The position numbers and the translations under genes are program-made. A stretch of DNA of 64,000 nt from an uncultured delta proteobacterium (GTDB lineage: Bacteria; Myxococcota_A; Polyangia; Fen-1088), in NCBI GenBank assembly GCA_963767925.1, contig CAVYGB010000008.1, positions 768,001 through 832,000 on the forward strand, written 5' to 3'. The notes beneath the pieces are model-generated. The model was not told the DNA's origin, did no database searches, and saw nothing but the letters and a program-made list of their open reading frames with translations. Position 1 is the first letter of the stretch. Each line of letters starts with the position of its first letter. Positions 19,259 to 29,373 of the stretch are shown here, one piece after another.

Positions 19259-20193
19259 ATGGCCGGTCCGATATCGTCGGCGGCGCCTTTCGGCGCCGGG
19301 CCCGAAGCAATCCTCGATGTGGCTTGCCGGGTGGCGCGCGAGCCCCTCGTGTTGCCCGACGAGATCACGGAGGCCGCCCGCGAGGTGGCCCCCTCGGTCT
19401 CGGAGCTGCCGGTGGCCAAGCTGCGGAGCGCCGTCGAGAACATCATCATGGCGCCCCACCTGGGCGCCGGGCTGCAGTGGCTGCACGACGCCGGGGTGCT
19501 GGGCATCGTGCTGCCCGAGCTGGACGCCACCGTTGATTTTTCCCAGGAGGCCGGCCGCCGGCACAAGGACGTCTGGGAGCACACGAAGCAGGTCGTCCTG
19601 CAGTCGCCGCCCAAGGCGATCGTGCGCTGGTCGGCCTTGCTCCACGACATCGGCAAGGTGCCGACGCGGGTGCTTGCTGCCAGACGGGCGGGTGACCTTT
19701 CACCGCCACGCCGAGGTCGGTGCTCGCATGTTCGACGGGATCGCCCGGCGGCTGCAGTTCGACCGCGAGTCGCGGCAGCGGATCAAGTTCCTCATCTATC
19801 ACCACCTGCGGGCCAACGCCTATCAGGCCTCCTGGACCGACTCGGCGGTGCGCCGGTTCGATCACGAGATGGGGCGCTACCTCGACGAGCTGGTCGAGCT
19901 CTCCCTGGCCGACGTGACCTCGCGGCGGCCGGGGCGGCGGCAGGAGGCTGCCCGCAACGTCGAGGCGCTGGTGCACCGGATCCACGACGTGCGGGAGCTG
20001 GACGCCAAGGTGCCGCCCCTGCCGCCGGGGCTGGGCAACGCCTTCATGACCAGACTTCCAGATCGCCCCCGGCCGACGGATCGGGGAGCTGCGCAAGATG
20101 TGCGAAGACGCCATCGAGCGGGGCGAGCTGGAGGAGCGGCGCGAGGCGGACTACTACGTCGCCTTCCTGCGCGGCCGCGGGGTCAGCGGTTGA
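19259..20193 (+). CDS. HD-domain protein resembling the C-terminal part of the CCA-adding enzyme; frameshifts near 19675 and 20055
   Basis: LPEL, HKDVWEHT, ALLHDIGK; continues in another frame as FHRHAEVGA, HHLR, WTDSAVRR, ADVTS. Confidence 0.75.
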
Positions 20194-20725
20194 CCGCGGC
20201 GCCCCCGCGCCGCTGACCAGCTCCGCGCCGGGATCGTTCGCACGCGACGCCGAACCGCCCGTCTGGCCGTGATCGCCGACAGCGCCGAGGCGAGCGGGCT
20301 CATGGACCGCGCCCGCGTCGATCGGCGATCGATCCCGGCGGGATGGAACGAACATCAGCGCGGCGTATTGAAGCGCGCGGCAGCAACGGCAAACGCCCGC
20401 GCGCAGCTCCGTTTCTTGATTGGGTTCAGAGGGCGGCGTTTCTCAGCAAATGACGAGGGCCGCATCGTGGCAGGAGAATCTATCCAACGATGGGCCCCTG
20501 CGCCGCGCGCGTGACGGCTGTGTTTCGGCCGGTCGCCGGAAGGTTGAGGCGTTGGAGTGTCTCGAATGGTGACGCGAGCGGGCGCCCTGCCATCCGTACT
20601 GCGACATGGGATCACGAGTGGTATTGGCACGTCCAAAGACTAGAAAAACGTCCCTCGAAGCGAATAGCATTGCCCCTCGACGGGACTGCAGGTGGGACGC
20701 AGAGGTCCCGCGTAAAGGAGAGACT

Positions 20726-22540
20726 ATGACTCTTGTTCGCCGGCCAACCGTGGTGGTTCTTTCGCTCGCACTGGCGAGCACCCTCGCTTGCTCCAACGAA
20801 GGCGGCGGCACGCCGCCAGGACCTCCCGGCACCGGCGGCTCCGGTGGATCGGGCGGTCGACCAGGCGTGGCCGGCTCCGGTGGCAGCGGTGGCGCAGGTG
20901 GTGGCGCTCCCGCCTCCGTCGACGCCCGCTCCCCCGACACCAGCTCCCCCTCCGTGGACGCGGCCCCGGCCGCGGTGCCGGCGCCCGAGGACTTCGCCTG
21001 GCTCGCCAAGCCGTTGCCGGTGCTCTGGATTACCCTCAACGGCGCGGCCATCGTCGCTCCGGGCCAGCCGAAGGCGATGCGCACGCTCGGCAGCGTCAAG
21101 GTGATCCAGGATCACGACGGCTCGGCCTTGACCAGCGTCGATGGCAAGACCATCGCGCTCGATGCCCCGATCCTGATCGAGGGCCGCGGCTCGAGCTCCT
21201 TCACCGCCGGCGCCAAGTTCATGGGCGCGCAGGGCTACAACATGGAGTTCCACGACGGCAACCGCGACGGCGTTGGCCGTCAGCTCTTCGGCTTGCCGCA
21301 GAACGCGGACTGGGCGCTCGTCACTTGCGTCTCCGACAAGACTTGCATGCGGAACGCTTTGACCTACGCCATAGGCCAGGAGCTGGCCGGCCCCATGGGC
21401 CGCTGGGCGCCGCGCTTCCGCTGGGCCGAGGTGTACATCGACGGCGTCTACAACGGCGTCTACACGGTGGCGGAGAAGCCGAAGGACGACAAGTTCCGGG
21501 TCAACCTCCCCAACGTCGCCGACAACGCCGCCCCCAACGAGACGCCTTACCTCATCAACGCCGACGGAGACTGCCGGGCGGCGTACGCCTTCGATCCCCT
21601 CGATCCGAAGAGCGAGTTCCTCGACGAGCGGGGCCGGATGTCAGCGCCGCCGGCCGGCATGATGGGCTGTGCGACCACCCGCGTGCCGGGCAATCGCCGC
21701 TGGAAGGTCCGTTCTCCCAACCCCGACACCAAGCTGACCGACGCCCAGCGGATGTACCTCCCGCAGGCCTTCGATCAGATGACGAAGGCGCTCGACGCCG
21801 GCACCGGTGACTGGAAGGCGAAGGTCGATCTCCCGAGCTTCCTCGATTACTTCGTGATCTCGGAGTTCACCAACAACGTCGATGCCTTCTTCAAGAGCTG
21901 GTACATGTACAAGCTGCCCGACAGCATGGGCGGCAAGTGGTACATGGGCCCGATCTGGGACTACGACCTGGCCTATGGCAACGCGAACTACTACTTCCGC
22001 CAGTGCGCCACCAACACGCAGATCGGGCCGCTCGCGAAGGAAACCCCGATGGCCAGCGCCAAGGACGACGCGGCTCCGCCCTGGGCGCTCGCGCCGCTCA
22101 AGGACACCGCGGTGGCCAACGACCTGCGCTGCCGCTGGAACACGCTGCGCACCGACGGGCCGCTCGCGCTGGCCAAGCTGGAGGCCCGCATCGACGCCTT
22201 CGTCGCCCACCTGCGCACCGCCAAGGCCCGGGACACAGCCAAGTGGATGAACTATCCGAAGTACGTCTGGCCGAACAACCACGTCGCGATGAGCTGGGAC
22301 GACGACGTCCGCTACCTCAAGTTCTGGATCCGGACCCGACTGGCCTGGGTTGATCGCACCCTGGCCGGCACCTGCGCGGCCACCCCCAATCCTCCGATGG
22401 TCCCGCAGATGCAGCCGCCGCCGAGCGCACCGGTCAGCCGGGCCATCGAGATGTGGGGCGGCGAGTCGCTCGATCGCTTCAGCGACTATGTCCCGATCCT
22501 CGGCAACACGCCCGCCGAGTGGTCCTGCCCCGGTCGCTGA
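20726..22540 (+). CDS. CotH kinase family lipoprotein
   Basis: AAGGAG RBS; lipobox LAC; Gly-rich linker; GRGSSS, DKTCMRN, YNGVY..EK, NVDAF, GPIWDYDLAYGN. Confidence 0.9.
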   Translation: MTLVRRPTVVVLSLALASTLACSNEGGGTPPGPPGTGGSGGSGGRPGVAGSGGSGGAGGGAPASVDARSPDTSSPSVDAAPAAVPAPEDFAWLAKPLPVLWITLNGAAIVAPGQPKAMRTLGSVKVIQDHDGSALTSVDGKTIALDAPILIEGRGSSSFTAGAKFMGAQGYNMEFHDGNRDGVGRQLFGLPQNADWALVTCVSDKTCMRNALTYAIGQELAGPMGRWAPRFRWAEVYIDGVYNGVYTVAEKPKDDKFRVNLPNVADNAAPNETPYLINADGDCRAAYAFDPLDPKSEFLDERGRMSAPPAGMMGCATTRVPGNRRWKVRSPNPDTKLTDAQRMYLPQAFDQMTKALDAGTGDWKAKVDLPSFLDYFVISEFTNNVDAFFKSWYMYKLPDSMGGKWYMGPIWDYDLAYGNANYYFRQCATNTQIGPLAKETPMASAKDDAAPPWALAPLKDTAVANDLRCRWNTLRTDGPLALAKLEARIDAFVAHLRTAKARDTAKWMNYPKYVWPNNHVAMSWDDDVRYLKFWIRTRLAWVDRTLAGTCAATPNPPMVPQMQPPPSAPVSRAIEMWGGESLDRFSDYVPILGNTPAEWSCPGR

Positions 22541-22564
22541 CAGGTCCCCCCGGTCCAGCGGCTC

Positions 22565-22580
22565 GGGCACGCGCGTTGCC
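22565..22580 (+). promoter_or_regulatory. Candidate sigma54 -24/-12 promoter upstream of the TonB-dependent receptor
   Basis: GGGCACGCGCGTTGCC fits GG-N10-GC and is close to TGGCAC-N5-TTGC; an AT-rich tract follows. Confidence 0.3.
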
Positions 22581-22829
22581 GGAGCCGTTGCACAGCCGTC
22601 ACATTTACTTCCTCTGAGTTTAATGTTCATAGAATCGAGCGGAATTAAAACGACCGGTGGGGGCACGGTGGGTGCCAATGTCCCCCGCAGGGATCGTGGG
22701 AAGTTTGGATTCAATCGATTTCATGGCGCCAATCCAGGGCTCTCGCCTAGCGTCCCGAAAAGGGATATTCCTTGTGCGGGGAGCTTAGGCCCCTAGGGGT
22801 TCATCTCGTGGACCGAAAGGACTAAGGCG

Positions 22830-25601
22830 ATGTCGCGGTTAGCCAGTCGAGTATTTGTTCTAGGTGCGGCTGCCCTCATGCTGTTGCCCTCGGTGGCCTG
22901 GGCCCAGGGCGGCGCGAGCGGAAGCTTGGTCGGTATGGTCGTCGATCAGACGGGCCAGCCGATGAGCGGGGTGAAGATCAGCGCCCGCTCGGACACGCAG
23001 ATCGGCGGGGCCAAGGTGACGTACACCAACGACACCGGTGAGTTCCGGGTCGTCGGGCTCATCCCCGGCACCTTCGAGGTGACGGCCACCGTGCCGAAGA
23101 TGAGGACGGTCCATCAGAAGGGGGTCAACGTCGGCGTCAATGCGGCGGCCGAGGTGACCATGATGATGGAGGTCGAGACGGCGACCGAAGAGGTCAAGGT
23201 CATCGAGCGCGCCCCGGTGGTCAGCACCAAGAGCGCGGTGGTCAAGGAGGTCTTCGACTCCGAGTTCGTCGACCAGATCCCCTCCGACTTCAAGGCGGGG
23301 GCGGAGAGCGTGGTGGCCACCAGCGTGCCCGGCTCGGTCGTCGTCGGTTTCCGTGGCGCCCGCATCCGCGGCGGCGCCCAGAACCAGACCGGCTTCCTGG
23401 TCGAAGGTTTCCACATGAACGGCCAGCGCAGCACCCTCAAGGGCATGGCCGCGCTCGAGGTCCAGGGAGCGGGCTACGGCGCCGAATACGCGCCTTACGC
23501 CGGCGGGGTCGTCAACATGGTGACCAAGTCCGGATCGAACCGGCACGAGATCGACCTCAACGGCTACATCGAGGACAACCGGCTGAGCTTCTTCCTCGAC
23601 AACCAGGACTCGCGCGAGCGCTCCTACTTCTACGTCTTCAACCCCAACGTCTCGGGGCCCATCATCAAGGACAAGGTCTGGTACTTCGTCAACTTCGAGG
23701 CCCGGCCCGAGCTTGTCGTCGATCCCCCGGATCCCCTCGGCCTGGCCCCCAAGACGCCCGACTACCGCTACTTCAGCTTGCGCGGATCGGGGAAGATCAC
23801 CTGGCAGATCAGCCCCCGCAACAAGCTGGTCAACTTCACCAACTTCAACCTGCGGAGCAACTACAACAACGTCCGCGGCTACAACACCTACGCCGAGCCC
23901 GAGGCGCAGACCCGCCAGGACGACCGGGACATCTTCACCGGCTTCATCTGGGAGTCGCTCCTCACCGACAACACCTTCCTCAAGAGCCAGGTCGGCGTGC
24001 AGCGCTTCCAGCAGCAGGTGGGCCCGCAGCTCTGCCAGGCCGACCCCGATGCCTGTCTGCACACCCCCTCGGTGATCCAGACCTTCCCCCGGACGGTCGT
24101 CTCGGGCAACGCCCGGACCCACACCCAGACGATCACCCAGAAGCTCCAGTTCATCAACACGCTGCAGTTCTTTCCGGCCAGCCGGCGCTTCGGGGAGCAC
24201 GACATCCGGCTGAAGAACGACTACTACATCGAGGGCGCCGAGCGCGCCGCCTCGACCCCGGGGAACATGGAGACCTTCCTGGCGGGCCCCACGCCCGACC
24301 GACAGGTCGAATATTTCGCCAATGATCCGCGACTGGAGGACGCCCGCGCCGGCTGGTTCATCCGGAGCAGCGGGAGCTGGCGGAACGTGCTCTCGCTGTC
24401 GGACTCGATGCGGATCGCCCGCTACCTGACGCTCACCCCCGGTGTCGCCCTCACCACCGCCCGGGCCTTCAACAGCCTCGGCGAAACGCCCCTCAGCGTG
24501 AACGCCTTCACGCCGCATTTCGCGGCGGCCTGGGACGCCACCCAGGACGGTAGGACCGTGCTTCGAGGCAGTTTCAACCACTACGTCGACGTCGATGCGG
24601 CAGGAATCGCCAACTTCACCGTTGGGGACCGTGTCTCGCGCACGTGTTTGTGGGATGCACCTTCCCAGACCTACAGTGGGAGCTGCACCTTTGCCGGAGG
24701 CTTGTCTGGCCGGACTATTGGCTTGCCCTGCGGGGCGACGGGTTTCGACGCCAGCGGGCAGCCCTGTAGACAGAAGTTAAAGGCTCCCCGGACCTGGGAG
24801 TACACCGTTGGTGCGGAGCGAGAGGTGGTTGCCGGCGTCGCTCTTTCGGCGGACGTGATCTACCGGAAGTACACCAACCAGTACGAGATCTTCGAGACCA
24901 ACCGGATCTGGAACCGTTCGGGTTCTTCTCTCGAACCTAGCGGCTCTTTCCGGAACGGCCGCAGCCAGGTCATCCAGGACATCCAGACCCCCGAGAGCGC
25001 GCAGCGTTCTTACCTCGGCAATACCATCGGCATTCACAAGCGGGAGGGTGCCCTCAAGGTCAACGTCGGCTACACGTTGAGTTTCCTCAAGGGCACCGTC
25101 CTCGATGGCATGGGGAATCCCTACGGCGACATCACGGGGCGGGACTTGTTCCTCAACGGATACCTTGTCGACGACTCGCGCCACAATATCCGGATGACCA
25201 GCACGTACCAGTGGAGTCGTTGGCTGAGCACGGGCGTGCTCTACGACTACAAGTCGGGCCGCCCATACCAGCGCCTCTACCGGAACACCGTTACCGGGGG
25301 GTTCGAGGACTACCGCGCCCGGGTGGGCATCAACCCCGGGAACAACCTCAATGACCCTCTCGACGACCGCGAGTTGCGCCTCCCCGACATTCAGGAACTG
25401 GGCGTGCAGTTCCGGGCCAACCTGGCTTCGATCCTCGGTGTTCAACTGGAAACCTACGCCGACGTCATGAACGTGCTCGGGTTGCGTACCACCCTTGCAG
25501 TGGTCCAGCAGGACGGTCCAACTTGGGGGACCCCGGTGGGCGGTCCGGAGGGGCGGATGAAGCCGTTCCGCCTCCGCCTCGGCGCCCGCTTCAAGTGGTA
25601 G
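22830..25601 (+). CDS. TonB-dependent receptor, Oar-like, with N-terminal carboxypeptidase-regulatory-like domain
   Basis: AAAGGA RBS; signal peptide; GMVVDQTG..GEFR; AEY..GGVVNMVTKSGSN plug; SGPIIKDKVWYF; ends RLGARFKW. Confidence 0.9.
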   Translation: MSRLASRVFVLGAAALMLLPSVAWAQGGASGSLVGMVVDQTGQPMSGVKISARSDTQIGGAKVTYTNDTGEFRVVGLIPGTFEVTATVPKMRTVHQKGVNVGVNAAAEVTMMMEVETATEEVKVIERAPVVSTKSAVVKEVFDSEFVDQIPSDFKAGAESVVATSVPGSVVVGFRGARIRGGAQNQTGFLVEGFHMNGQRSTLKGMAALEVQGAGYGAEYAPYAGGVVNMVTKSGSNRHEIDLNGYIEDNRLSFFLDNQDSRERSYFYVFNPNVSGPIIKDKVWYFVNFEARPELVVDPPDPLGLAPKTPDYRYFSLRGSGKITWQISPRNKLVNFTNFNLRSNYNNVRGYNTYAEPEAQTRQDDRDIFTGFIWESLLTDNTFLKSQVGVQRFQQQVGPQLCQADPDACLHTPSVIQTFPRTVVSGNARTHTQTITQKLQFINTLQFFPASRRFGEHDIRLKNDYYIEGAERAASTPGNMETFLAGPTPDRQVEYFANDPRLEDARAGWFIRSSGSWRNVLSLSDSMRIARYLTLTPGVALTTARAFNSLGETPLSVNAFTPHFAAAWDATQDGRTVLRGSFNHYVDVDAAGIANFTVGDRVSRTCLWDAPSQTYSGSCTFAGGLSGRTIGLPCGATGFDASGQPCRQKLKAPRTWEYTVGAEREVVAGVALSADVIYRKYTNQYEIFETNRIWNRSGSSLEPSGSFRNGRSQVIQDIQTPESAQRSYLGNTIGIHKREGALKVNVGYTLSFLKGTVLDGMGNPYGDITGRDLFLNGYLVDDSRHNIRMTSTYQWSRWLSTGVLYDYKSGRPYQRLYRNTVTGGFEDYRARVGINPGNNLNDPLDDRELRLPDIQELGVQFRANLASILGVQLETYADVMNVLGLRTTLAVVQQDGPTWGTPVGGPEGRMKPFRLRLGARFKW

Positions 25602-26382
25602 CGGCCGACCGCGCGTGAAGGAAAATTCCCGTCGCGGTGGCGACGTTGAGGGAATCGGCCTTCGCGCGCGCCATCGGGATGGTCACGAGCTCCTGACAGA
25701 CGGCCCTGGCCTCGGCACCGAGGCCGGGGCCTTCTGCGCCGAAGAGCAGGGCCACCCGCTCGGGCCAGGAAAACCGGCCGAGGGGCGTGGCCCCGTCGGC
25801 CAGGACGGCGCCGACCGGGGTGAGTCCCCCGGACCGGCATAACCGGTCGAGGTCCCCCGGCCAGTCCTGGCAGCGCAGGATGGGCAGGAAGAAGACGGTC
25901 CCCATCGAGACCCGGATCGCCTTCCGATAGAAGGGATCCGCCGTGCGGGGGGACAGGATCACGGCGTCGGCGTCGAAGGCGGCGGCGTTCCGGATGGCCG
26001 CCCCGACGTTGTCGACGTCCACCAGGTCTTCCAGGACCACCACGGTGCGGGCTCCGGGCGGGAGGGTCGCCGGCGCGGGGCGCTGTCCCAGCGCCAGGCA
26101 GCCGCGGTGCACATGGAACCCGGCCACGGCGTCGAGCAGGGCCTGGGGGCCCAGGTAGACCGGCACCCGCGGTCGCAGGCGATCCTGCAGGCTCTGGAGA
26201 TGGCCCGCGGTGAGCAGGACCGATCGTACGGCGAGCGGGCTCTCGAGGAGCTTGCGCACCACCGGCTCGCTCTCGGCGATGAAGGTGTCCCCTGCCGCCC
26301 GGAGCGCCCGGTCCTTGAGGTTGCGGTAGGCGTCGAGCCGCGGGTCGGCGGCGTCGCTGACCGCGTGCAGGTCGAGGGTCAC
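25591..26382 (-). CDS. TrmH/SpoU family RNA methyltransferase
   Basis: NVGAAIRNAAAF, DPFYRKAIRVSMG, LFGAEGPGL, IPM..DSLNVATA; GTG start overlaps the upstream stop. Confidence 0.9.
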   Translation of the reverse strand: MTLDLHAVSDAADPRLDAYRNLKDRALRAAGDTFIAESEPVVRKLLESPLAVRSVLLTAGHLQSLQDRLRPRVPVYLGPQALLDAVAGFHVHRGCLALGQRPAPATLPPGARTVVVLEDLVDVDNVGAAIRNAAAFDADAVILSPRTADPFYRKAIRVSMGTVFFLPILRCQDWPGDLDRLCRSGGLTPVGAVLADGATPLGRFSWPERVALLFGAEGPGLGAEARAVCQELVTIPMARAKADSLNVATATGIFLHARSAATT

Positions 26383-28472
26383 GCCCGCCAGCGCGCCAGG
26401 CCTTCCATGAGGGCCGCGAACTCCGGAAAGTCGAGGCTCTGGTCGGCGTCGGACTGGGCCTTTTCCGGCTCGGGATGCACCTCGATGAGCAACCCGTGGG
26501 CGCCGCAGGCGCGCGCCGCCCAGGCCATCGGGGCGACGTAGGCCCGGCGGCCGGTGCCCTGGCTGGGATCGACGAGCACCGGCAAGTGGGTCCGCTCGCG
26601 CACCACCACCACCGCCGACAGATCCAGGGTGTTCGGGGTGGCGCTCTCGAAGGTGCGGATGCCCCGCTCGCACAGGATGACCTGCCCGTTGCCGTGAGAC
26701 AGCAGGTATTCCGCGGCCGCCAGCCACTCGTCGATGGTCGCCGACAGCCCCCGCTTCAGCAGCACGGGGCGGTTGATCTTGGCGACCTCGCCCAGCAGGG
26801 GGAAGTTCTGCATGTTGCGCGCGCCGATCTGGAGGATGTCGGCGCGGTCGGCCACCAGGCGCACGTCCTCGGGCGACATCACCTCGGTCACGACCGGCAT
26901 GCCCACGGAGCGGCCCGCCGCGGCCAGCAGGTCGAGCCCGGGCAGGCCGAGCCCGGCAAAGCCCTCGGGGCTGGTCCGCGAGCGGAACACGCCCCCCCGC
27001 AGCACGTGGGCCCCGCGATCCCGCACGAAGCGGGCGGTCGATCGGATCTGGTCCTCGGACTCCACCGAGGCCGGGCCCGCCATGACGACGAAACCGTTGC
27101 CGCCGATCAGGAGGTTGCCGACCCGGACCAGGGTGTCCTCGCTGCGCGAGCCCCGTCCGACGAGGCGCTGGCGGGTCGGCCGGGGCCGGCTAGCGGGAAT
27201 CTCCGCGGCGACCGGCGGGGGAGGGGGCATCGCGACGGCGCGCTCGGGCGCGAGGGCAGGACCGCCGGGCGCGGGCGACCGGATGCCGGGCAGGTGGGCC
27301 TCGACCGGTGTGGCCTTGGCCGGGTAGCAGCCCAGGACCTTGAGGAACAGCGCCCGGGCCCGCAGCTCGTCGAGCGCAGCGGCGACCCGGGGGTCGGCGG
27401 TGTTCCCCTCGAAGTCGGTGAAGAACATGTATTCCCAGGGCCGGTCGGGGTGGGGCCGCGATTCCAGCTTGGTGAGGCTCAGGCCGTGGTTACCGAGCGT
27501 CTCCACGCAGCGCAGGAGGGCGCCGTGCTCGTGGCGGGTGGAGAGGATCAGGCTGGTCTTGCAGGGGATGCGGGCGTCGAACGTCACCGGGGCCCGGGCC
27601 AGCGCGACATAGCGGTGCAGGATCTCCTCGTGGTTGCCGATCCCCCGCCGCACGACCGTGAGGCCGTGGGCCTCGGCCGCCTCGGGTGAGCCGACCGCGA
27701 GCTGGGTGGGGTCCTGGGCCTCGGCCACCAGGCGCATCGCCTCGGCGGTGTCCACCACCGGCACCGCCCGGGCGTTGGGCAGGGCATCGAGAAAGACCGA
27801 GCACTGCTCGAGGGCCAGCGGGTGAGAGAGGACCCGCTGCACCGCCGACAGCGGCACGTCGGACAGGCCACACAGGCAGAGGTCGACCTTGATGGTCTCC
27901 TCCCCCACGATGTGCAGGTCCTTCTCCCGCAACACGTCGTAGACCTGGTTGATCGATCCGGCGGCGGTGCTCTCGATGTTGAGGAAGGCCAGGTGCACCG
28001 CGGCCGCCTCCAGCGCCCCCACCACCTCCTTGATCGAGGGCTGCCCCACGAACTCGGCCGGCTCGTCGAGCTCGCTGGTGAACTTCTGGGCGGCCAGGTG
28101 GTTGAAGGTGAAGGGCGTTCCGACGTAGGCCACCCGCAGCAGCCCCGCCTCCGGACCGAGTCCGGTGAGGGTGCTGGCCTGCCGGCTGACCGAGTGGGCG
28201 ATGAGCTCGGAGAAGATCTTCCGCGCCAGCGGCACCGAGATGCCCGCCGCCCGGGCCAGCGACTCGACCCGGGTCAGGATCTCGTGCTCGCGGCGCGAGT
28301 CCCGGATGCCCGAGGTGCGTCCCTGCTTCTCGGCGATGATGAGCCCGATGGTCTCCATCCGGGAGGCGATCAGGCGGACCAGCTCCTCGTCGATGCCGTC
28401 GAGCTTCTGGCGCAGCTCGCGCAGCGCGGGGGTTGACGCGGGGGGTGGGGGGCGACCTTGGTTCTCGCTCAT
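26379..28472 (-). CDS. Chorismate mutase / prephenate dehydratase-like + ACT / DAHP synthase (type I-beta)-like fusion
   Basis: Aro[19 protein letters not shown]-like [64 protein letters not shown] at 28472 overlaps the pheA stop. Confidence 0.9.
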   Translation of the reverse strand: MSENQGRPPPPASTPALRELRQKLDGIDEELVRLIASRMETIGLIIAEKQGRTSGIRDSRREHEILTRVESLARAAGISVPLARKIFSELIAHSVSRQASTLTGLGPEAGLLRVAYVGTPFTFNHLAAQKFTSELDEPAEFVGQPSIKEVVGALEAAAVHLAFLNIESTAAGSINQVYDVLREKDLHIVGEETIKVDLCLCGLSDVPLSAVQRVLSHPLALEQCSVFLDALPNARAVPVVDTAEAMRLVAEAQDPTQLAVGSPEAAEAHGLTVVRRGIGNHEEILHRYVALARAPVTFDARIPCKTSLILSTRHEHGALLRCVETLGNHGLSLTKLESRPHPDRPWEYMFFTDFEGNTADPRVAAALDELRARALFLKVLGCYPAKATPVEAHLPGIRSPAPGGPALAPERAVAMPPPPPVAAEIPASRPRPTRQRLVGRGSRSEDTLVRVGNLLIGGNGFVVMAGPASVESEDQIRSTARFVRDRGAHVLRGGVFRSRTSPEGFAGLGLPGLDLLAAAGRSVGMPVVTEVMSPEDVRLVADRADILQIGARNMQNFPLLGEVAKINRPVLLKRGLSATIDEWLAAAEYLLSHGNGQVILCERGIRTFESATPNTLDLSAVVVVRERTHLPVLVDPSQGTGRRAYVAPMAWAARACGAHGLLIEVHPEPEKAQSDADQSLDFPEFAALMEGLARWRA

Positions 28473-29368
28473 GACGATCGGTCCTGTCCGGGCATCTCTG
28501 CCCGCGGATAGGTGCCCAGGACGCGCACGCTCTCGGAGGAGACCGTCAGCTTCTCGAGGGCCCGGGCGATGGCCGGGTCGGCCGGATCGCCCATGAAGTC
28601 GAGGTAGAAGGAATACTCCCAGGGGCGGCCCGGGATGGGGCGCGATTCGATCTTGGTGAGGTTCACGCCCCGCTCGGCGAAGGCGGCCAGCGCCTGGTGC
28701 AGCCCCCCCGGCTGATGGGCGGTGCGAAACACGATGCTGGTCTTTGGCTCCCCCGCGGCCGGAGCGGCGCTGCGGCCGCCGGCGGTCCGATCCGGGCGGG
28801 TGATCACAACGAAACGGGTGAAGTTCTGGGGGTCGCTCTCGACGCCGGCCACCAGGATCTGGGCCTGCCAGGCCCGGGCCGCGTTTTCGCTGGCGATGGC
28901 CGCCTCGTCCCGGCGGCCCGCCTCCACCACGAGCTTCACGCTGCCCGCGGTGTCGTAGGCCGCGACAGCCTCCAGGGCGGAGTGCTCGCGCAGAAACCGT
29001 TCGCACTGGGCCAGGGCCACCGGGTGCGAGTAGACCCGGCGGATGTCGCCGAGGGCCGCGCCCGGCAGGCCGATGAGGTTGTGCACGACCCGGATCACCA
29101 CCTCGCCCGTCATGGTGACGTCGTGCTCGAGCAGCAGGTCGTAGCTCTTGATGACCGAGCCGGCCAGCGTGTTCTCGATGGGCACCACGCCGGCGTCGGC
29201 TGCTCCCGCCACCACGGCCTCGAAGAGCTGCTCGAAGTCCCGGCAGGGCACCGCCCGGACGGCGGGGCCGAAATATTGACGGGCAGCTTCCTCGGAGAAG
29301 GCGCCACGTTCGCCCTGGAAAGCCGCCACCGTCTGCTTGCTGGGGGGCGTGCTTCCCGGGGCGTTCAT
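28469..29368 (-). CDS. pheA: Prephenate dehydratase (PDT + ACT)
   Basis: FQGERGAFSE, PIENTLAGSV, SHPVALAQC, NFTRF, NLTKIESRP. Confidence 0.93.
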   Translation of the reverse strand: MNAPGSTPPSKQTVAAFQGERGAFSEEAARQYFGPAVRAVPCRDFEQLFEAVVAGAADAGVVPIENTLAGSVIKSYDLLLEHDVTMTGEVVIRVVHNLIGLPGAALGDIRRVYSHPVALAQCERFLREHSALEAVAAYDTAGSVKLVVEAGRRDEAAIASENAARAWQAQILVAGVESDPQNFTRFVVITRPDRTAGGRSAAPAAGEPKTSIVFRTAHQPGGLHQALAAFAERGVNLTKIESRPIPGRPWEYSFYLDFMGDPADPAIARALEKLTVSSESVRVLGTYPRAEMPGQDRSS

Positions 29369-29373
29369 CGTCG

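Noticed and set aside
20194..20725. Short ORFs or an ncRNA in the spacer before the CotH gene
   Set aside because: No recognisable protein motif, tRNA fold or riboswitch consensus could be supported by eye.
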